Made by a program: the position numbers and the translations under genes
In this document: positions 43,809-51,338 of the stretch, in pieces
How the letters are laid out: each line of letters starts with the position of its first letter
Position numbering within the stretch: the first letter of the stretch is position 1
The notes under the pieces: generated by a model
The model's database searches: none
Seen by the model: the letters and a program-made list of their open reading frames with translations, nothing else
Told to the model about the DNA's origin: nothing
Assembly: GCA_040307135.1 (NCBI GenBank)
Contig: JAWRKD010000130.1
Span: 4,231-68,230, forward strand
Length of the DNA stretch: 64,000 nt
Source: Desulfovibrionaceae bacterium
GTDB taxonomy: Bacteria; Desulfobacterota; Desulfovibrionia; Desulfovibrionales; Desulfovibrionaceae
Direction: 5' to 3'

Positions 43809-45839
43809 ATGATCAACACGATCTACAGTATCGCCCGCAGCGCCCTGCAGAACGCGCAGGTCTCCCTGGCCAACGTGTCCAGCAACATCGCCAACGCGGA
43901 CACCGAGGGCTACCAGCGGACCACCACCAACTACTCCACCAACTCCTCCATCACCATCTACGGCCTGAGCGTAGGCACGGGCGCCAGCGTCACGTCCATC
44001 ACCGCGGAGTGGGACTCCTACGTGGAGGCCCAGTATCTGGACTCCTCCGCGGAGCTGAACCGCCAGAACGCCGCGCTCAAGTATGCGGACCAGCTGGACT
44101 CGCTCTGGGACCAGGACGAGGACTCGGGACTTGCCGTCACGCTCAACGCCTTCTGGAACGCCTGGAACGACCTGATCACGGACCCCACCTCCTCCTCGGC
44201 GCGGGAGGCGCTGCTGGGGGCCGCGGAAACCCTGGCCTACTCCCTGAGCGAGGCGGCCGAGGAGCTGGAAACCATGACCCAGACCATCGACACGGAAATC
44301 GCCGCCAACGTGGACGACGCCAACGATCTCATCGACTCCATCGCCAAGGCCAACGCCTCCATCGCGGCCAATCCGGACGACACCACGGCCATCTCCGAGC
44401 GCGACCAGATGATCCGGGACCTGAACGAGATCATCGGCGTGGACGTGCTGGAGCAGGAGGACGGCACGGTGACCATCCTCACCGAGGAGGGCTACACCCT
44501 GGTGGACGGCTCCTCCACGCACCACCTGGCCTACGCCGAGGCCCGCTCCACCGAGTCCCTGCTGCGGGACTCCAGCTACGAGGGCAGCCTCCGGTTCTCG
44601 GGCAGCTCCAGCGAGGAGATCCTCATCGAATTCGTGTCCGCTGGCGCGGACGGCGCGGCCCAGTACAAGGTCTCCCTGGACGGCGGCGCGACCTGGCTCA
44701 CGGACGGGAACGGCGACACCATGCTCTACACCGCGGACGGCGAGGACAACGCCGTGACCATAGAGGGCGTGACCATCTGGTTCGACGGTTCCGCGGGCGA
44801 GCACGCCGTGGGCGACCGCTACACCGTGGTGGCCAAGTCCGGCCTGTACTGGGAGGGCGGCGACGGCTCCCTGGTGAACATCACGCCCATGACCGGCGCC
44901 GGCGGGGACGAGGTCTCGGGCCGGACCACGGGCGGGACCCTGGCCGGGCTGTTCCTGGTGCGCGACGACGTGGTGGTCCCGACCCTGGATTCCCTGAACG
45001 ACCTGACCGAAACCCTGATCTGGGAGGTGAACTCCCTGCACTCCCAGGGGGCCGGACTCGAAGCCGACACCTCCATGGTGGGGACCTATTCCGTGGACGA
45101 TTCCGGCGCGGCGCTCTCCAACTGCGGTCTGGCCTACGGCGACAGGATCGTGTCCGGCAGCCTGGAGCTGGTGCTCTACGACGCCGACGGCGCAGTCACC
45201 ACCACCGCGCTCATCGACATCGAACCCTCGGACTCCCTGCAGGACGTGGTGGACGCCATCAACTCCAACGCGGCCCTGGGCGGCGGGCTCACCGCCTCCA
45301 TCAACGCCGACGGCCGGCTCGTGCTCGACGCGGCGGACGGCACGACCTTCGAGATCGTCTCCGACTCCTCCAACATCCTGGCCGCCCTGGGTCTGAACAC
45401 CTTCTTCGACGGCTCGGACGCCGACACCATCGCGGTCCGCGACTCCATCGCCGCGGACACCTCGGGCATCAACGCGGGAGCCCTGGGGGACGATTACCTC
45501 CTAGCCTCGGGCAACAACGAGGTCGCCGCCGGGATCGTGGCCCTGGCCGACAGCGAGGTGCGCATCGGCAGCGGCTCCTCGGCCGCTGCCTCCAGCCTGG
45601 GCGACTACCTGGCGGCCATGGTCTCCACCATCGGCTCCGCGGCCAGCGCTTACGAGACCGAGGCCGAGACCGCCTCGGTCTGCGCCGAGTACTACTACAA
45701 CCAGCAGGCCTCCACCGCCGAGGTGAACGTGGACGAGGAGCTGGTGGACCTGACCAGGTACCAGCAGGCCTACCAGGCCGCGGCCAAGATGATCGAAGTG
45801 AGCAAGGAAATGATGCAGACCGTGCTGGACATGATCTAG
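43809..45839 (+). CDS. flgK: Flagellar hook-associated protein 1 (FlgK)
   Basis: 676 aa. ...ARSALQNAQVSLANVSSNIANADTEGYQR...; C-terminal ...VNVDEELVDLTRYQQAYQAAAKMIEVSKEMMQTVLDM. Confidence 0.9.
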   Translation: MINTIYSIARSALQNAQVSLANVSSNIANADTEGYQRTTTNYSTNSSITIYGLSVGTGASVTSITAEWDSYVEAQYLDSSAELNRQNAALKYADQLDSLWDQDEDSGLAVTLNAFWNAWNDLITDPTSSSAREALLGAAETLAYSLSEAAEELETMTQTIDTEIAANVDDANDLIDSIAKANASIAANPDDTTAISERDQMIRDLNEIIGVDVLEQEDGTVTILTEEGYTLVDGSSTHHLAYAEARSTESLLRDSSYEGSLRFSGSSSEEILIEFVSAGADGAAQYKVSLDGGATWLTDGNGDTMLYTADGEDNAVTIEGVTIWFDGSAGEHAVGDRYTVVAKSGLYWEGGDGSLVNITPMTGAGGDEVSGRTTGGTLAGLFLVRDDVVVPTLDSLNDLTETLIWEVNSLHSQGAGLEADTSMVGTYSVDDSGAALSNCGLAYGDRIVSGSLELVLYDADGAVTTTALIDIEPSDSLQDVVDAINSNAALGGGLTASINADGRLVLDAADGTTFEIVSDSSNILAALGLNTFFDGSDADTIAVRDSIAADTSGINAGALGDDYLLASGNNEVAAGIVALADSEVRIGSGSSAAASSLGDYLAAMVSTIGSAASAYETEAETASVCAEYYYNQQASTAEVNVDEELVDLTRYQQAYQAAAKMIEVSKEMMQTVLDMI

Positions 45840-45854
45840 CCGCGGGAGGACCCC

Positions 45855-47048
45855 ATGCGCGTCAGCACTTCCCAGATATTCTCGGCCTCCTTGAGCCAAA
45901 TCAACTCAGCGCTCTACGACGTGACCCGGCTGAACCTGATGAACTCCAGCCAGAAGAAGATCAACACGCCCTCGGACGACCCCGCGGGCATGGCCTCGGT
46001 GATCTCCCTGCGCGACTACTCCTCGTCCCTGGACCGCTACACGGACAACTGCACCGTGGCCGGCAACTACCTCTCCGAGGCCGACTCGGTCCTGAGCCAG
46101 ATCAGCGAGACCGTCACCTCCATCCTGGAGCTGGCCGAGCAGGGCTCCACCGGCACCTACACATCAGACCAGCTCCAGATGATGGCCGAGGAGATGGAGG
46201 GCTACCTGGAGACCCTCATGAGCCTGGCCAACTCCACCTTCGGCGACGACTATCTCTTCGGCGGCGACGAACTGGACTCCAGCGCCTTCAGCATGGGCCT
46301 GGGCGTCAGCGTGACCGGCGACGGGCTGACCAGCTCGGCCTCCTTCCTCTCGGTGAGCGGGTCCATCGACTCCGCGGTCATGGTGCGATTCACCGAGGAC
46401 GGCACAGTGGGGACGGACGCGCTGGACTACGAGTACTCCCTGGACGGCGGCGAAACCTGGACCGGGGCCACCCTGGCCTCCGGGGCCTCCACCCTGGACC
46501 TGGGCTCCTGCCAGGTGGAGCTGGCCGCCGGGATCGCGGTGAACGCGGCCGGCGACGACGAGGAGGGCACCGAATTCCTGGTGCGCGACGCCGTGTACTA
46601 CGAGGGCAGCGGCAAGGCCATGTCCGTGACCATCTCCGACGGGGTCAGCGTGGACATGACCAGCGTGGGCAGCGCGATCTTCGGCGGCCTGGACTCCACG
46701 GGAACGGCCTATTCCGGAGCCAACCTCTTCGAGGCCGTGGCAAAATGTCTGGCCTGCATGGAGGTGGGCGACGCCGATGGCGTGGCCGCCTGCCTGGACG
46801 GCATCAGCGCCGGGCAGGAGCGGATGCTGGCCGGGGCCTCCAGCGTGGGCGCCCGGGAGGTCAAGGTGACCAGCTTCGAGTCCAGCCTGAGCGTCATCTC
46901 GGAGGTGGCCACCAACAGCATCAGCTCGCTGGAGGACGCCGACGCCACGCAGATCCTGGTGGAGCTGGAGCAGGCCAACTACATCTACGAGGCCGTGCTC
47001 TCCTCCGCCTCGGACATCATGCAAATGAGCCTTTTGGATTACCTCTAG
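45855..47048 (+). CDS. flgL: Flagellar hook-associated protein 3 (FlgL)
   Basis: 397 aa. MRVSTSQIFSASLSQINSA...SSQKKINTPSDDPAG... has flagellin-like N- and C-terminal helices. It lies directly after flgK. Confidence 0.85.
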   Translation: MRVSTSQIFSASLSQINSALYDVTRLNLMNSSQKKINTPSDDPAGMASVISLRDYSSSLDRYTDNCTVAGNYLSEADSVLSQISETVTSILELAEQGSTGTYTSDQLQMMAEEMEGYLETLMSLANSTFGDDYLFGGDELDSSAFSMGLGVSVTGDGLTSSASFLSVSGSIDSAVMVRFTEDGTVGTDALDYEYSLDGGETWTGATLASGASTLDLGSCQVELAAGIAVNAAGDDEEGTEFLVRDAVYYEGSGKAMSVTISDGVSVDMTSVGSAIFGGLDSTGTAYSGANLFEAVAKCLACMEVGDADGVAACLDGISAGQERMLAGASSVGAREVKVTSFESSLSVISEVATNSISSLEDADATQILVELEQANYIYEAVLSSASDIMQMSLLDYL

Positions 47049-47060
47049 AGGAGGAACGCC

Positions 47061-48833
47061 ATGGCCTATGTCAGTTCCCTGTCCAGCGGCACGTCCGTTT
47101 ACACCTCCATCTCCACCTCCGGGGCCATCACCTTCTCGGGCCTGGGCAACGGCACGGACTTCAGCGAGATCATCGACGCCACGGTGGAGGCCGAGAGCTA
47201 CAAGCTGGACGCCTACGAAGAGGATCAGGAGGAGAAGGAGGCCATCGTCGAGCTTCTGGAAACCCTGAGCGACCTGATGGACGACCTCAACGAGACCCTG
47301 GAGGGATTGGACGAGATCGACGAGTTCCTGCCCATGACCACCACCGTGGAGGACGCCTTCACCGCCACGGCGGACGGCGACGCCACCCCGGGCACCCACA
47401 CCATCGTGGTGAACCAGCTGGCCCAGGCCGACGTCTGGGTGGACACGGCCTACGGCTTCTCCTCCGAAAACGAGGTGCTGGCCTCCTCGGCCACGACCTT
47501 CACCTTGTCCTACGCCGGAAAAGACATCACCCTGGACATCGCCGCGGGCACCACCATCGAGGGCCTGGTCTCGGCCATCAACACCTCCTCGTCCACCACT
47601 GGCAAGGTCACGGCCAGCCTGGTTTATGACGGCGAGTCCTACTACTTCACCCTGAGCGGGGACGACACCGGCGCGGACAACGCCATCGTCATCAAGGACA
47701 CGGGCACCCTCTCCGGCATGTCGGCCTCCGGCTTCACCAACACCCTGACGGCCCAGGACTGCCGCTTCAAGGTGGACGGCTTCCCCGCGGGCGACGACGC
47801 CTGGATATCCCGCGACACCAACGTCGTGGACGACGTGCTCACCGGCGTGACCCTGACCTTCACGGACACCACGGACAGCGCGGGCGAGACGCTCACCGTG
47901 AACTACGACACCGAGGCCCTGGAGGAGAACATCGAGACCTTCCTCGCCGAGGTGAACCAGATCATCCTCGAGATCCAGACCCTCACCGGCAGACTTGACC
48001 AGGATTACGAGAACGGGGACGCGGTGAGCACGGACACCGACGATGACGACGAGGACGACGAGGACGACGACATCGTCATCAAAAGCTCCACTCTGGACGC
48101 CATGTACAGCCAGATCAAGAGCATCCTCTCCTCCTCGGGGCTGGGGTTCAAGGCCTACGACGCGGACACCGACTCCGGCGACCTGTTCAGCACGCTGTCC
48201 CAGCTCGGCATCTCCACCGACACCGAGGAGGGCTCCGACACCTTCGGCCAGCTCCAGCTGGACACCGACACCCTGGAGGAGGCCCTGGACGCGGACCCGA
48301 CCGCCGTGGCCGCGCTCTTCTCGGTGAACGACGTGGCCGAGTCGGACAGCGACGCCCTGCAGGTCATCTCCCTGATCAAGACCGTCACCGCGCCCGGGAA
48401 CTACCAGGTGGAGTACACGGTGGAGAACGGCGCGCTCGTCTCGGCCACCATCAACGGAGAGCAGGCCCAGGTCAGCGGCTGGACCATCCTGGGCATCGAC
48501 GACGACTCCACCGGTCTCTACCTCCAGGTGGTGGACCAGACCGACGGCGACCATTCCGGCAGCGTGCGCGTGAAACAGGGCAAGATCGGCCAGCTCGCCG
48601 AGGCCATCTCGGACATGACCGCCGACGAGACCGGCACCCTGGCCATCCTCATCAGAAGCTACGAACAGGGCATCGACGACCTGGACGACCGCATCTACTA
48701 CGAGAGCGCGCGGCTGGACGCCCTGGAGACCAAGCTCACCTCCCAGTACGCCACCCTGGACGAGACCCTGTCCTACTACACCAACCTGGAGAGCAGCCTG
48801 AGCAGCCTGGTGGAATCGCTCTCCAGCGATTGA
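47061..48833 (+). CDS. fliD: Flagellar filament cap protein FliD
   Basis: 590 aa. ...ITFSGLGNGTDFSEIIDATVEAES...; C-terminal ...RLDALETKLTSQYATLDETLSYYTNLESSLSSL. It contains a poly-Asp/Glu insert. Confidence 0.9.
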   Translation: MAYVSSLSSGTSVYTSISTSGAITFSGLGNGTDFSEIIDATVEAESYKLDAYEEDQEEKEAIVELLETLSDLMDDLNETLEGLDEIDEFLPMTTTVEDAFTATADGDATPGTHTIVVNQLAQADVWVDTAYGFSSENEVLASSATTFTLSYAGKDITLDIAAGTTIEGLVSAINTSSSTTGKVTASLVYDGESYYFTLSGDDTGADNAIVIKDTGTLSGMSASGFTNTLTAQDCRFKVDGFPAGDDAWISRDTNVVDDVLTGVTLTFTDTTDSAGETLTVNYDTEALEENIETFLAEVNQIILEIQTLTGRLDQDYENGDAVSTDTDDDDEDDEDDDIVIKSSTLDAMYSQIKSILSSSGLGFKAYDADTDSGDLFSTLSQLGISTDTEEGSDTFGQLQLDTDTLEEALDADPTAVAALFSVNDVAESDSDALQVISLIKTVTAPGNYQVEYTVENGALVSATINGEQAQVSGWTILGIDDDSTGLYLQVVDQTDGDHSGSVRVKQGKIGQLAEAISDMTADETGTLAILIRSYEQGIDDLDDRIYYESARLDALETKLTSQYATLDETLSYYTNLESSLSSLVESLSSD

Positions 48834-48840
48834 TCCGCCG

Positions 48841-48883
48841 CCGGAAACGAAAAGGCCCCGGACAGGCGGAGCCTGTCCGGGGC
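48841..48883 (-). terminator. Terminator between the convergent fliD and TauE-family genes
   Basis: GCCCCGGACAGG-CGGAG-CCTGTCCGGGGC (12-bp stem). The U-rich tail (CUUUUCGUUUCC) is only on the minus-strand transcript. Confidence 0.55.
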
Positions 48884-48909
48884 GGAGGCGAGAGGGAATC
48901 GGCGTTCTT

Positions 48910-49965
48910 CTAAGCCTTGGCCATGGCGGCGGCCTCGGCGCGGCGGGCCTTCCACATGGCGCCCAGGATGATGACCGCGCCGGTGAGCAGGGCCAGGCAC
49001 ATGAAACCGAAGCTCACGTTGCTCATGAGCTGGAGCGAGCCGTCGGAGACTTCCATAACGCCCAGCTGCACCAGATACTTGGGAATGGCGATGGCGCGGC
49101 TCACGGCCACCACGAGCATGATGGTGGCCATGACGGCCTTGATCATGTGTTCGCGCACGTAGGTGGTGCCGATGGCGCCCAGCTGCACGCCCAGGAGCGA
49201 GCCTGCCAGGATGATGAGCACCAGGCGGATGTCCACCATGCCGTGCATGGCCCAGTTGATGGAGCCGCCCAGGCCCATGATGAAGGCGATGACCAGCTCC
49301 GTGGCCGAGGAGACCAGGCTGGACGCGCCGATGACGTAGATCATGCCGGGCACGCCGATGAACCCGCCCACGGCGATGGTGGCGGCCAGCAGGCCGGTGG
49401 CGAAGCCGACGGGCACGGTGAACCACAGGGAGATGCGCAGGCCCGAGGTCTTGAAGGTGATCATGGGCCAGATCTCAAGCTTCTGGAGCCGCTTGGCCAG
49501 GGAGCTCGGCTTCTCCTCGCCGCCGCAGCGGCTGCACTTCACGGCGTCCATCATGACGTAGCCGCCCACGATGACCAGCACGGCCACGAAGGACAGGCTC
49601 ACGTAGAGGTCCGAGCCGGCCTGGCCCCAGCGGTTCAGAATGAACTGCTGGATCATGATGCCGATCTGCACGCCCACGCCCGCCGAGGCGGCCATGATCA
49701 GGCCCATCTTGATGTCCACCTGGCCGTAGCGGAAACGCTTGATGGCGCCCACCAGGGCCTTGGGGAACTTGTGGCACATGTTGCTGGCCACGGCCACGGT
49801 GCCGGGCACGCCCAGGCTCATCATGCCGGGGGTGAGCACGAAAGCGCCGCCCGAGCCGATGAAGCCGCTGACCAGGCCTCCGATGAAGCCCACGATGAAA
49901 AGGAAGCCCACCGCCTGAAAGTTCAGCTCGATGAACTTGGTGCTGTCGAGAAGCAAGGTTTCCAT
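48910..49965 (-). CDS. TauE/SafE (DUF81) family anion exporter membrane protein
   Basis: 351 aa. Two internal repeats with G-rich TM motifs (GFIGGLVSGFIGSGGAFVLTPGM... and GLLAATIAVGGFIGVPGM...). A central hydrophilic loop contains CSRCGG. Confidence 0.85.
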   Translation of the reverse strand: METLLLDSTKFIELNFQAVGFLFIVGFIGGLVSGFIGSGGAFVLTPGMMSLGVPGTVAVASNMCHKFPKALVGAIKRFRYGQVDIKMGLIMAASAGVGVQIGIMIQQFILNRWGQAGSDLYVSLSFVAVLVIVGGYVMMDAVKCSRCGGEEKPSSLAKRLQKLEIWPMITFKTSGLRISLWFTVPVGFATGLLAATIAVGGFIGVPGMIYVIGASSLVSSATELVIAFIMGLGGSINWAMHGMVDIRLVLIILAGSLLGVQLGAIGTTYVREHMIKAVMATIMLVVAVSRAIAIPKYLVQLGVMEVSDGSLQLMSNVSFGFMCLALLTGAVIILGAMWKARRAEAAAMAKA

Positions 49966-49992
49966 ATTACTTTCTCCTCTCTCTTCCGGCGA

Positions 49993-50283
49993 CTAGGCGT
50001 TGAGGGTGGCGCGGGGCTGCGGCCGGGTCTCGGCGCGCTTCTGGGCGCGGGCGCGGCTGGCTTCGATGCCCAGGCAGGTCCAGAGATTCGAGGCAAAGGC
50101 CCCGTGGGCGTAGGAGAACACGAAGACCGTCAGGATCGGGCCGGCGGCCCAGAAGGAACCCTGGGAGAACAGGGCCGTGAGCGCATCGCCGTGCGAGAAG
50201 GCCGCGGCATACAGGGCCGCGGAGAACAGTCCATAGAGTACGGTCTTGAGAACGGGCTTCTTGCCCCCGGTGGTCTGAGCCAT
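49993..50283 (-). CDS. Small hypothetical membrane protein (about 96 aa)
   Basis: ATG at 50283, 6 nt after GGAGG (an alternative ATG is at 50289). Two or three hydrophobic helices (VLKTVLYGLFSAALYAAAF..., WAAGPILTVFVFSYAHGAF). GC-rich third positions. No family recognised. Confidence 0.5.
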   Translation of the reverse strand: MAQTTGGKKPVLKTVLYGLFSAALYAAAFSHGDALTALFSQGSFWAAGPILTVFVFSYAHGAFASNLWTCLGIEASRARAQKRAETRPQPRATLNA

Positions 50284-50336
50284 GGTCATCCTCCAGTTTG
50301 TTGTGTCTTCCGCCCCAGGGGGCGGATCGGTTTCCT

Positions 50337-50897
50337 TCAATCCACAGTGAACAGGGCCGAGGTGGCGCGGCCTTCCAGCCGGGCGCCCTCCCCTGGTTCG
50401 CTCAAGATGAGCTCCACGCGATGCAGATCGCGGCACAGGCCCTCGACCTCGGCCGGGGTGTCGCCGAAGCGCACCACGTGCCCCGCCTCCAGGCCCCGGT
50501 CCGTGGCCAGCAGGAGCCAGGGCCGGGCCTCTTCCCCGGCGCGGCGGGCAAAGCTTTCGCGCAGGTAGCTGTCCATCTGGCCGTCCGCAGCCTGGGACCC
50601 GGGGCTGCCCACGTTCAGGAAGACCAGGCCGTAGCCCAGGCGCTGGGCCAACCCCAAGGCGTATTCCGCCAGGCGCGGCGAAAAGGACGGGCCGTGCCCC
50701 AGCACGAGGATGCGCTTGCGGCCGGAACCGGCCCGGCGGATCACCCCGCCGGCCAGGGCCTGCTCGCCCGCCTCAGCCAGGGCCAGGGCCTCGGCATAGT
50801 CGTCCAGCCGTTCGCGGCGCATGCCGCCCGGCCGGACCTCAATGCCCCTGGGCCGGGATATCCCGGCCCAGATGCGCCTGGCGAAATTGCGGGGCAT
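50337..50897 (-). CDS. Hypothetical protein, possibly universal-stress-protein-like fold
   Basis: 186-aa ORF with GC-rich third positions. ...RKRILVLGHGPSFSPRLAEYALGLAQRLGYGLVFLNVG...WLLLATDRGLEAGHVVRFGD... The plus-strand 286-aa ORF over the same DNA looks like antisense noise. Confidence 0.5.
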   Translation of the reverse strand: MPRNFARRIWAGISRPRGIEVRPGGMRRERLDDYAEALALAEAGEQALAGGVIRRAGSGRKRILVLGHGPSFSPRLAEYALGLAQRLGYGLVFLNVGSPGSQAADGQMDSYLRESFARRAGEEARPWLLLATDRGLEAGHVVRFGDTPAEVEGLCRDLHRVELILSEPGEGARLEGRATSALFTVD

Positions 50898-50900
50898 GAA

Positions 50901-51074
50901 CTACTCCGCCCTCAGGGTGGCGCGGGTGCGCTTGTCCTTGCGGGTGTCCTTGCGGGCCTGGGGACGCTCGGCCTCCTCGCCCTTGGCCAGCTGAACGGCC
51001 TCTTCCTTGTTGCCGCGCTCGGCGAACGCCACGGCCGCGAACACGTCCTCAACCTGCTTTCTGATGGTCGCCAT
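50901..51074 (-). CDS. Small hypothetical protein (57 aa), not in the ORF track
   Basis: ATG at 51074 (RBS GGGAGAA). Translation is MATIRKQVEDVFAAVAFAERGNKEEAVQLAKGEEAERPQARKDTRKDKRTRATLRAE. The stop is 3 nt before the next gene's ATG. It replaces the listed 77-aa ORF 50912..51145, which is in another frame. Confidence 0.4.
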   Translation of the reverse strand: MATIRKQVEDVFAAVAFAERGNKEEAVQLAKGEEAERPQARKDTRKDKRTRATLRAE

Positions 51075-51115
51075 ACCGATTCTCCCGGTTTGATTGTTGC
51101 AACCGGCATGACCAT

Positions 51116-51132
51116 AACAAAGGCCGTGCCAA
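51116..51132 (-). promoter_or_regulatory. Sigma-54-like promoter (imperfect -12) for the small-protein/TauE operon
   Basis: The minus strand reads TTGGCACGGCCTTTGTT. The -24 element TGGCAC is perfect and the spacing is correct, but -12 is TTGT instead of TTGC. It lies about 42 nt upstream of the ATG at 51074. Confidence 0.3.
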
Positions 51133-51284
51133 ACCAGTTTTTCACGGCAATATTCTGAAATTGTTGATGATAAAAATTAAGGCGCCCCGGCAGCGTCGGG
51201 CCGGCTTGTTGCAGAAACGAACAAAAGGGAGTACGATTTGATTTATCTTATTGAAATACAAAGGACTCGCCCAAAAAAGGCTGC

Positions 51285-51319
51285 GTTCGGTATTGCAACG
51301 TGTGTTCGGTTGCGCAACG
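51285..51319. repeat. Tandem 16-nt direct repeats with palindromic TTGC..GCAA cores (candidate regulator binding sites)
   Basis: GTTCGGTATTGCAACG (51285-51300) and GTTCGGTTGCGCAACG (51304-51319) match at 13/16 positions. The second contains the 10-bp palindrome GTTGCGCAAC. A related GTTGCAAC is at 51096-51103. Confidence 0.35.
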
Positions 51320-51338
51320 CGCGGCCAGGGAGGGGGGC

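Noticed and set aside
41457-47629. Giant ORFs over the flagellar cluster (41457..45041 minus, 1194 aa; 42947..47629 plus, 1560 aa; also 46164..48554 minus)
   Set aside because: They overlap flgD, flgE, flgK, flgL and fliD, which have unmistakable conserved termini in other frames. The alternative translations are G/R/H/P-rich noise.
50912-51145. 77-aa minus-strand ORF MKNWFGTAFVMV...
   Set aside because: It is P/R/S-rich and has no RBS. A different frame gives a 57-aa ORF (50901..51074) with an RBS and tight coupling to the next gene, which I preferred, though at low confidence.
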